Shown here piece by piece: positions 53,501 through 64,000 of a stretch of 64,000 nucleotides of DNA. Each line of letters opens with the position of its first letter. Position 1 is the first letter of the stretch. Source of the DNA: Eledone cirrhosa. Taxonomy: Eukaryota. The DNA is taken from the NCBI GenBank assembly GCA_964016885.1, contig OZ024751.1:2728001-2792000 (forward strand). Reading direction: 5' to 3'. The notes beneath the pieces are model-generated. The model did not search any database and was not told the DNA's origin. It saw only the letters and a list, made by a program, of their open reading frames with translations. Both the position numbers and the translations under genes were made by a program.

Positions 53501-56500
53501 GGTGTTGCTGTTGGTGTTGGTGTTGTTGTTCGTGATGTTGCTGGTGTTGGTGTTGTTTTTGGTGGTGTTGTTGTTGGGGTGGTGTTGTTGTCGGTGTTGT
53601 TGTTGGTGGTTTTGTTGTTGGTGGTGTTGCTGGTGTTGGTGTTGTTGTTGGTGGTGTTGCTGGTGTTGGTGTTGTTGTTGGTGTTGGTGTTGTTAGTGTT
53701 GTTGTTGTTGGTGTTGCTGGTGTTGTTGTTGATGGTGGTGTTGGTGTTGTTGTTGGTGGTGTTGTTGTTGGTGGTGGTGTTGTTGTTCGTGGTGTTGCTG
53801 GTGTTTGTGTTGTTGTTGTTGGTGTTGCTGGTGTTGGTGTTGTTGTTGGTGGTGTTGTTGTTGGTGGTGTTGTTGTTGGTGGTGCTGTTGCTGGTGTTGG
53901 TGTTGTTGTTGTTGGTGTTGTTGCTGGTGGTGTTGCTGGTGTTGTTGTTGTTGGTGGTGTTGTTGTTGGTGGTGATGTTGCTGGTGTTGGTGTTGTTGTT
54001 GTTGGTGGCGTTGTTGTTGGTGTTGTTTTTGGTGGTGTTGCTGGTGTTGGTGTTGTTTTTAGTGGTGGTGTTGTTGTTGATGCTGTTGTTGCTGGTGGTG
54101 TTGTTGTTGGTGTTGTTGTTCGTGTTGTTGTTGGTTGTGTTGCTGTGTTGGTGTTGTTGTTGGTGGTGTTGCTGGTGTTGGTGTTGTTGTTGGTGGTGTT
54201 GTTGTTGGTGGTGTTGCTGGTGTTGGTGTTGTTGGTGGTGTTGGTTTTGTTGTTGGTGTTGTTTTTGGTGGTGTTGCTGGTGTTGGTGTTGTTGTTAGTC
54301 GTGTTGTTCATGGTGGTGTTACTGGTGTTGGTGTTGTTGTTGGTGGTGTTGTTGTTGCTGGTGTTGGTGTTTTTGGTGGTGTTGCTGGTTAAGGTGTTGT
54401 TGTTGGTGGTGTTTTTGTTGGTGGTGTTGTTGTTGTTGGTGTTGCTGGTGTTGGTGTTGTTGTTAGCGGTGTTGTTGTTGGTGGTGTTGTTGTTGGTGGT
54501 GTTGCTGGTGTTGGTGTTGTTGTTGTTGGTGTTGTTGTTGTTGGTGTTGCTGGTGTTTGTGTTGTTGGTGGTGTTGGTTTTGTTGTTGGTGGTGTTGTTG
54601 TTGGTGTTGTTTTTGGTGGTGTTGCTGGTGTTGTTGTTAGTTGTGTTGTTCTTGGTGGTGTTGTTGTTGTTGGTGGTGTTACTGGTGTTGGTGTTGTTGT
54701 TGGTGGTGTTGTTGTTGGTGGTGTTGTTGTTGCTGGTGTTGGTGTTTTTGGTGGTGTTGCTGGTTTAGGTGTTGTTGTTGGTGGTGTTTTTGTTGGTGGT
54801 GTTGTTGTTGTTGGTGTTGCTGGTGTTGTTGTTGTTGTTAGTGGTGTTGTTGTTGGTGGTGTTGTTGTTGGTGGTGTTGCTGGTGTTGGTGTTGTTGTTG
54901 GTGGTGTTGGTGGTGTTGGTGTTGTTGTTGGTGGTATTGTTGGTGGTGTTGCTGGTTTTGGTGTTGTTGGTGATGTTGTTGGTGTTCGTGTTATTGGAGG
55001 TGTTGTTGGATTTGCTATTGTAGTTGCTGGTGTTGGTGTTGTTGTTGGTGTTGTTATTGTTGTTGGTGCTGTTGTTGCTGTTGGTGTTGGTGTTGTTGTT
55101 GTTGTTGTTGTTAGTGTTGTTGTTGCTGGTGGTGTTGTTGGTGGGGTTGGTGTTGTTGGTGGTGTTTCTGGTGTTGGTGTTATTGTTGGTGGTGATGTTG
55201 TTGGTGTTGTTGTTGGTGTTGTTGTTGGTGGTGTTGTTGATGGTGTTGTTGTTGGTGGTGTTGTTGGTGTTGTTGTTGTTCGTGGTGTTGCTGGTGTTTG
55301 TGTTGTTGTTGTTGGTGGTTTTGTTGTTGGTGGTGCTGTTGGTGGTTGTGTTGTTGGTGGTGTTGCTGGTGTTGGTGTTGTTGTTGGTGGTGTTGTTGTT
55401 AGTGTTGTTGTTGGTGGTGTTGCTGGTGGTGGTGTTGTTGTTGGTGGTGTTGCTGGTGTTGGTGTTGTTGTTGGTGGTTTTGTTGGTGGTGGTGTTGTTG
55501 TTGGTGGTGTTGTTGGTGGTGCTGGAGTTGTTGGTGGTGTTGTTTTTGGTGGTGTTGTTGGTAGTGTTGTTGTTGGTGGTGTTGCTTGTGTTGGTGTTGT
55601 TGTTGGTGGTGTTGTTCGTGGTGTTGTTGATCTTGGTGGTGTTGCTGGTGTTGGTGTTGTTGTTGGTGGTGCTGTTGTTAGTGTTGTTGTTGGTGGTGTT
55701 GTTGTTGGTGGTGTTGCTGGTGTTGGTGTTGTTGTTGGTGGTGTTGTTGGTGGTGTTGTTGCTCTCGGTGTTGTGGTTGGTGTTGTTGTTGGTGGTTTTG
55801 TTGTTGGTGGTGTTGGTCGTGTTGGTGTTGGTGTTGGTGGTGTTGTTGTTGGTGGTGTTGCTGGTGTTGGTGTAGTTTTCGGTGTTGTTCTTGTTGCTGT
55901 TGGTGTTGTTGTTGGTGGTGTTGCTGGTGTTGGTGTTGTTGTTGGTGTTGTTGTTGTTGGTGGTGTTGCTGGTTTTGGCGTTGCTGTTGGTGTTGGTGTT
56001 GTTGTTCGTGATGTGTCTGGTGTTGGTGTTGTTTTTGGTGGTGTTGTTGTTGGGGGTGGTGTTGTTGTTGGTGTTGTTGTTGGTGGTTTTGTTGTTGGTG
56101 GTGTTGCTGGTGTTGGTGTTGTTGTTGGTGGTGTTGCTGGTGTTGGTGTTGTTGTTGTTGTTGGTGTTGTTGTTAGTGTTGTTGTTGTTGGTGTTGCTGG
56201 TGTTGTTGTTGATGGTGGTGTTGGTGTTGTTGTTGGTGGTGTTGTTGTTGGTGGTGGTGTTGTTGTTCGTGGTGTTGCTGGTGTTTGTGTTGTTGTTGTT
56301 GGTGTTGCTGGTGTTGGTGTTGTTGTTGGTGGTGTTGTTGTTGGTGGTGTTGTTGTTGGTGGTGCTGTTGCTGGTGTTGGTGTTGTTGTTGTTGGTGTTG
56401 TTGTTGGTGGTGTTGCTGGTGTTGTTGTTGATGGTGGTGTTGCTGGTGTTGTTGTTGGTGGTGGTGTTGTTGTTGGTGGTGATGTTGCTGGTGTTGGTGT

Positions 56501-57860
56501 TGTTGTTGTTGGTGGCGTTGTTGTTGGTGTTGTTTTTGGTGGTGTTGCTGGTGTTGGTGTTGTTGTTAGTGGTGGTGTTGTTGTTGATGGTGTTGTTGCT
56601 GGTGGTGTTGTTGTTGGTGTTGTTGTTGGTGTTGTTGTTGGTGGTGTTGTTGTTGCTGGTGTTGCTCTTGTTGTTGGTTGTGTTGCTGTGTTGGTGTTGT
56701 TGTTGGTGGTGTTGCTGGTGTTGGTGTTGTTGTTGGTGGTGTTGGTGTTGGTGGTGTTGCTGGTGTTGGTGTTGTTGGTGGTGTTGGTTTTGTTGTTGGT
56801 TTTGTTGCTGGTGTTGTTTTTGGTGGTGTTGCTGGTGTTGGTGTTGTTGTTAGTCGTGTTGTTCATGGTGGTGTTACTGGTGTTGGTGTTGTTGTTGGTG
56901 GTGTTGTTGTTGCTGGTGTTGGTGTTTTTGGTGGTGTTGCTGGTTAAGGTGTTGTTGTTGGTGGTGTTTTTGTTGGTGGTGTTGTTGTTGTTGGTGTTGC
57001 TGGTGTTGGTGTTGTTGTTAGTGGTGTTGTTGTTGGTGGTGTTGTTGTTGGTGGTGTTGTTGTTGGTGGTGTTGTTGTTGGTGGTGTTGCTGGTGTTGGT
57101 GTTGTTGTTGTTGGTGTTGTTGTTGTTGGTGTTGCTGGTGTTGGTGTTGTTGGTGGTGTTGGTTTTGCTGTTGGTGGTGTTGTTGTTGGTGTTGTTTTTG
57201 GTGGTGTTGCTGGTGTTGGTGTTGTTGTTAGTCGTGTTGTTCTTGGTGGTGTTGTTGTTGTTGGTGGTATTACTGGTGTTGGTGTTGTTGTTGGTGGTGT
57301 TGTTTTTGGTGGTGTTGTTGTTGCTGGTGTTGGTGTTTTTGGTGGTGTTGCTGGTTTAGGTGTTGTTGTTGGTGGTGTTTTTGTTGGTGGTGTTGTTGTT
57401 GTTGGTGTTGCTGGTGTTGGTGTTGTTGTTAGTGGTGTTGTTGTTGGTGGTGTTGTTGTTGGTGGTGTTGTTGTTGGTGGTGTTGTTGTTCTTGGTGGTG
57501 TTGTTGGTTGTGCTGTTGATGGTGTTGGTGGTGTTGGTGTTGTTGTTGGTGGTGTTGCTGGTGGTGCTGTTGTTGTTGGTGGTGTTGTTGTTGATGGTGT
57601 TGTTGTTGGTGGTATTGTTGTTGGTGGTGTAGTTGTTGGTGTTGTTGTTGGTGTTGTTGTTGGTGGTGTTTTTGTTGCTGGTGTTGCTGGCGTTGTTGTT
57701 TTTGTTGCTGGTGTTGCTCTTGTTGTTGGTTGTGTTGCTGGTGTTGTTGTTGTTGTTGGTGGTGTTACTGGTGTTGGTCTTGTTGTTGGTGGTGTTGCTG
57801 GTGTTGATGTTGTTATTGGTGCCTTTACTGTTGTTGTTGTTGTTGTTGTTGTTGTTGATG
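32520..57860. repeat. 25-kb cryptic (GTT/GGT/GCT)n satellite with kb-scale higher-order duplications
   Basis: Plus strand almost entirely G/T. Identical or near-identical ORFs recur at offsets 2677 (33969>36646, 34930>37607), 3874 (36646>40520, 38724>42598), ~1500-1530 (46605>48105, 47245>48775) and 2543 (54135>56678). Confidence 0.95.
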
Positions 57861-57959
57861 CTGCTTTATTTTTATTCCATAATGTACTGAAGTTGTTTTG
57901 AACGGCTACCCACGTCTTCCGCCCCACATTCTCACCATAAAATCCCTGAACATTTGCCA

Positions 57960-58165
57960 AATTACTATCATCATCTTTGCCATCATCATCATTGTCAACA
58001 TCATATTCATCCTTGCCATCATCATTATTATCATCTTCATCATCATCATCATCATCGGGAGTATCAACGCCGTCTTTATGATCATCATCATCGTCGTCGT
58101 CGTTACCATCATCACCATCATCATCATCATCATTGTCAACGACGTTGACACCACCATCACCACCG
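57960..58165. repeat. Degenerate (CAT)n tract
   Basis: Direct inspection. Confidence 0.9.
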
Positions 58166-58425
58166 CTCTTACCTAACGTTAAGTGTATTATGTAGTTCCT
58201 TGGTATGAGAGCTTCTATAAAGAGAGACAACAAGTTTCTTGTAGTATCATGAAAGACAATGCGTCGTTGCCCGAGGAAGGTATTCAACGTTCAAGAACGG
58301 GGAAAGGGGAATGTATTACTTCTGTATTGCAAATAACACGGATAGTTTCTATGTCCTCAGAAGAGTTGGAATGAACCCTGGGCGACCAGAGACAGAGCTT
58401 TTAGAAGCTTGTCTAGTCTTTAATT

Positions 58426-58570
58426 GGCGGTGAATTGGCAGAGTCGTTAAGACGTCGTATTCGTTCTACCTCATTGCGCGCTCTGAGTTCAAATCCCACC
58501 GTAGTCAACTTTGCCTTACATCCTTTCGAGGTCGATAAAAAAAGTACCAGTCCAGTACTGGGGTCGATTC
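58426..58570 (+). mobile_element. tRNA-derived SINE (same family as 26567)
   Basis: ggcggtgaattggcagagtcgtta...GAGTTCAAATCCcacc..aactttgcctt..gtcgataaaa..gtaccagt..tactggggtcgat. Confidence 0.8.
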
Positions 58571-59159
58571 TTCTTCTATAGAAAAAATCGGATGTGGTCA
58601 GACCTGGAGATGGTTGGGCTCCACCAGGTTTAAAAGTGCTCTAGACACGCCGTATGAAGAGGCCTCTACGACTCCACAAGGAGTTATGGGATCTTTATCC
58701 TTATCCATAGTCTTAAAAACTGATGAGAGAAAGAAAATGGCAAAGTTGGAGTAGCGTAAGCTTGCCCTCCTTCCTCGAGCTGGAGTCACAGTACATGTGG
58801 TGGTGGCCAGAGATATTGGTACTTAGATAAAATATCAGTTTGTTGTCGCATTTCTAGTACAATACAGACAGGGTGACTAATACTAAATCATCCAACGTAG
58901 TAATAATACTTTTCATGAAAGTAAGGCTTTTTTATGGGATATGTAGCTGCTATTTCTAGCAGGTTGAACAATCATGTAGAGGTTAACCTTAACGTTACCT
59001 GTTTGACTTGTTGTGGTTGAATATGTTAAGGGCATCGTAATTGTTTTTTTTACACCACCGCAACCTTCAAAACACCACCACTACCGCCACCGCCACCAAC
59101 GCCACAAACTTTCTTTTCCGTTAAGTAAGCTAGAGTATTGTGCTGGAAAACTACCAACA

Positions 59160-59853
59160 CCTTCTCTCTCCTATACACACACACTCTCTCTCTCACTATC
59201 TCTCTCTCTCTCTCTCTCCATATATTCCCTCTCTTTCTCTTCTCTATCTCTCCCTCCGTCTCTTGCTCTTCGCTCTCTCCATCTCTTTCTCCTCTCTCCA
59301 TCACTGTCCTCCTTTCTCATTCCGTCTCTTTCTCCTCTCTCTCTCTCTCCATCACTTCACCCTCTCTCTTCCCCCTCTTTCTCCATTACTTACCCCTCCC
59401 CCTCTCCATCCCCTACTGTTAATCTCTGTTATAAAGCTATAGTGATGCCGCCTCACTCTCCTTCTATCTACCCCTACCATTCTCTCTCCCTCTTTCCTTC
59501 TTTCTATCTCTTACTAACTCTATCTCTCTCCCTCTCTCCTTCTTTCTATCTCTTACTAACTCTATCTCTCTCCTTCTCTCCTTCTTCTATCCCTTTATCT
59601 CCCCCTCTATCTCCCCTTCTCTCTCACTCCTCATCTTTCTCTATAAAGCTAGAGTGATGCCGTCACACTCTTCTTCCCCTTCTTTCTCTCTCTCTCCCTT
59701 CCTATAAAACTATAGAGATGACGTCACTCGTTCCTTTCCGTCTCTCCCCATCCTCCTTCCATCTCTAAAACTGTATATATACCATCACATCATATTACAC
59801 ACACTTCCATATGATCTTTAACTATTGAAGCTGACATTAGTTACATATTTATT

Positions 59854-59939
<86 letters not shown>

Positions 59940-60005
59940 TCTCTCTTTCACTTTTTCCTCTCTCTTTCTCTGTCCTTCCATTTTCCCTCTCATCCCCTCT
60001 CTCTG

Positions 60006-60073
<68 letters not shown>

Positions 60074-60180
60074 ACCCCTCTCTTTCTCCCTCTCTGCTAC
60101 TCCTTCTCTATTTCTGTCGCTCTCGCATCTCTCTCTATCCGTCTCTCTACCCTTCTCTGCCCCTCTTCCCCCTTCTCTCT
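59160..60180. repeat. Polypyrimidine/(CT)n region
   Basis: Long (CT)n tracts plus a thrice-repeated tataaagctagagtgatgccg-like motif. Confidence 0.9.
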
Positions 60181-60445
60181 TTACAGCAAGGAGTTCTTTT
60201 AAAAAATGTGTGTATCAAATGTACACACATACATATGACATAATTACACACACATACACACACACACAATCCCTTTATATAGTTCCTGATGATATGCGAA
60301 TGTTATGTTTTGTGTAAATAATTGCTGATTAACCGTTTCTGTTTAACTTATGGTTCACATATGTATGTACCATAGTCATCTGTATAGAAACGTATGTAGA
60401 AATAAAAAATGGATTGAAGTTGTTAACCTTGGCTCGCATCATTTT

Positions 60446-60554
<109 letters not shown>

Positions 60555-60564
60555 GATACAAGGC

Positions 60565-61625
<1,061 letters not shown>

Positions 61626-61652
61626 GTAATGTATAAAAATCAATACAATATA

Positions 61653-61730
61653 ATTACCTCATTACCAGAGGTTTCCCGAATGAGGCGAATACGAAATAAA
61701 CGACTTCATTCGTTCGTCAGACGAGGCAAT
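61653..61730 (-). ncRNA. Type I hammerhead ribozyme, probably in the 3' pseudo-LTR of the adjacent PLE
   Basis: ATTGCCTCGT-CTGACGA-aCGAATGA...TCATTCGg-GAAA-CCtctGG-TA-ATGAGGTAAT; 10-bp stem I with G-U pairs; same strand as the PLE ORF. Confidence 0.82.
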
Positions 61731-62476
61731 ATAAAACATGGGTAAATACTTAGAAAAACTCATCAAGAAAATCAAAAAAAGATATAGACAAATGAAATAG
61801 AAATTGAAATATATAAAAATCTATCAAGAAATATAGTTAGGTGTGTGTATATGTATGTATATACGCTCACAGATATGCATATATGTATATGCACACATGT
61901 ATACGTATAGTGAGAAAGTGTGCGTAATTCTAAAATTTAGGGCAAATATATCTATATGTCTGTAATCTACAGACAGAATAGTTACATCATAAATATATGA
62001 ATATGAAGGCGCGCGCATAAAACGCCTGCACACTCGTACACTTAGATGCGGAAGTAAAAGAGGTAAGGGAGTGTAATAATTAAAAGAAAAGTATCAATCT
62101 CGATATATTTATAAAACTGTAACGATAAATTAGAAAGAAAAAATATTTTTAGAAAGAAAAAATTAAAGAAAAGAAGACAAAAAAAGGGGTACGTACATAC
62201 ACAGACACGCATGTCTCACAAAAGAAATGTAAACATATATATGCTTATATACACACGCGCACTTACACATCCATACGTTCGATACGTACATACACACACA
62301 CACACACACATACTTATACTCACGCATATGAACCTGTTTGCATGCACACGCATAAAACTGAGTAAGTAAAAAAAGGGAAATGGGGGGGGGGGAGAAGAAA
62401 AAAGGAACAAAACATAAAACCGAGATGTCAAAAACACAGATATAAAGACACATACACATACGCATAATATATACAT

Positions 62477-62573
<97 letters not shown>

Positions 62574-62982
62574 CACGCACGCGCGCGCACATACGTAGTC
62601 ACTCATGTACATATATAAAAGTATACACACATTAAGGCGTTCAGCCATATTGATACAGGGTGTAAAAAACTTGTGGATAAATAAGTACAAATATAAAATT
62701 GTAAGATAGGCTGCGCAAAAATAAAATAAAAATAAAAAAAATAAAAAAATAAAAAAATGAAAAATATATCTGGATTGAAAAACACAAAAGACATGTATAA
62801 TCAGTTAGTGGAGGAAAAAGGGAAATAAAAGAAGGGGAAGTAAAAAATGGAAAGTGAATCGGAGAATAAAGGGGGTGGGGTGGATGTGAAGTAAAAATAA
62901 AAATAAAAATAAATGAAATAATTGACAAGGATAAAAATGAAAGTAAATCAGAAAGGGTAATTAAAAGGAGAATAATAAGAGT

Positions 62983-64000
62983 TTATGGAGGATAAGTATC
63001 TGAAAGTGTGTTAAGTTTATATGAGCTGGAAAGCAGGTGTGATTTCATGTGTGGGCAACTGGTGAAAATTTCCGTCTTTGTGTTCAGGCAGGTCTTTGGT
63101 GATTTTAGATTTTGCAATATCGAAAATTTTTCATTTATGCAGAGCGTGCATTTTCTTGTTCCTCTAGCATATTTTTTAGATTGGTTCAAAATTGACCAAT
63201 CTAGTTTATATTGGATGCCTTGGTCTTTCAAATCCCAAATTCTGCTAGCCAGAGCTGTTGTAAATCTTTTTTCTTGATGTCGAAAGGATGCGACATGTGA
63301 GTAATAACGCGTTTTGAATTTGTCTTGCGTCATACCCACATATCGTTCACTGGTGGCTGGATGGTTGTTGCTGATGGTTGTCACTTTAGCCGCATATACA
63401 ATGGCTTTGGTGTTGCATTTACCTTGTAATGGGCATTCACTTTTGATTCTACAGGAGCAAGTTTGATTTTCTCTAGGTGATATTTTGTTGAGGATATAGG
63501 ACTTAATAGGGGGACCGCAGGAATAGTTAATTTTAACACAGTTTCTGTTAAAGATCTTATAGTATCTATGTGTTCTAGAGAAATGTTTATCTAGGAGTTC
63601 AAGGAATTTTTTGCCTACATTAGTTTTAACTGCTAGAGAGTAGGGGGGTGTGAACCAGATTATTTTTCTTTTCCTATTTTTATGTTTAATAGAGTTAGTA
63701 TAGTTAGGTATGTATTTAATCGGTTCTCTAAAGCCGCTATTTTGGAGGGCTTTATTATAGTAGGGGGATGCCTTATTAAAAATAGCTTCTGAGGAAGAGA
63801 GGGTGGAGATCCTACGGCTAATATTAGGGATAAGGTTTTTAAAAACTATAGGTGGATGGCAAGATCCTTTATTTATATATTTTAAGTTTTCGTTAGGTTT
63901 ATGGTATGGTTTATAAGAAGCAGTAGGCAAATCTAGGTTTATATCTAGGAAATCTACGTTGGAAAGGTTAGTGTCAATAGTAATTTTAAGATTAAAACTA
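62983..64000 (-). CDS. Penelope-like element RT (C-terminal part) + GIY-YIG endonuclease, open to the window edge
   Basis: Frame continues upstream as LKITIDTNLSNVDFLDINLDL; KPN..YIN..SCHPP, IIWFTPPYS, CSCRIKSECPLQGKC, IVY..YVGMT..FKTRYYSH, CTLCINEK, CLN..CPH. Confidence 0.92.
   Translation of the reverse strand, partial: SFNLKITIDTNLSNVDFLDINLDLPTASYKPYHKPNENLKYINKGSCHPPIVFKNLIPNISRRISTLSSSEAIFNKASPYYNKALQNSGFREPIKYIPNYTNSIKHKNRKRKIIWFTPPYSLAVKTNVGKKFLELLDKHFSRTHRYYKIFNRNCVKINYSCGPPIKSYILNKISPRENQTCSCRIKSECPLQGKCNTKAIVYAAKVTTISNNHPATSERYVGMTQDKFKTRYYSHVASFRHQEKRFTTALASRIWDLKDQGIQYKLDWSILNQSKKYARGTRKCTLCINEKFSILQNLKSPKTCLNTKTEIFTSCPHMKSHLLSSSYKLNTLSDTYPP

Noticed and set aside
32520-57860. 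Telomeric or interstitial telomeric array
   Set aside because: G/T-rich but no TTAGGG-type unit, and flanked by ordinary DNA on both sides.
32539-57890. Dozens of long plus-strand Leu/Val/Gly/Cys-Trp ORFs
   Set aside because: Stop-free translations of G/T triplet repeats in all frames; no evidence of coding.
53475-58287. Mucin CDS on the minus strand
   Set aside because: Repeated frameshifts, and no signal peptide or Cys-rich mucin domains; kept only as a hypothesis under findings.
62983-63930. Selenoprotein-encoding Naiad-type PLE
   Set aside because: The endonuclease is C-terminal, and the conserved Cys positions are ordinary Cys codons, not TGA.

Overview
AT-rich animal genomic DNA made almost entirely of repeats, with no recognisable host gene. 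The SINE families and microsatellite load suggest an octopus or other cephalopod; this is inferred from recalled SINE motifs, not from a search. Main contents: (i) four Penelope-like retroelement (PLE) RT/GIY-YIG fragments, one with ~545-bp inverted pseudo-LTRs; (ii) a near-intact 5.8-kb L1/Tx1-clade non-LTR retrotransposon sitting in a (GATA)n microsatellite; (iii) degenerate R4/Dong-like and RTE fragments plus several tRNA-derived SINEs; (iv) a ~29-kb satellite block, including a 25-kb (GTT/GGT) array with kb-scale higher-order duplications. The most notable pattern is about 15 minimal type I hammerhead ribozyme (HHR) motifs from several unrelated families. Most lie in short non-coding, (TA)n-flanked elements with a tandem-plus-inverted architecture (units of ~450-520 nt). 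These look like retrozymes, i.e. candidate circular-RNA templates mobilised by PLEs. All folds were read by eye and need computational and biochemical confirmation.
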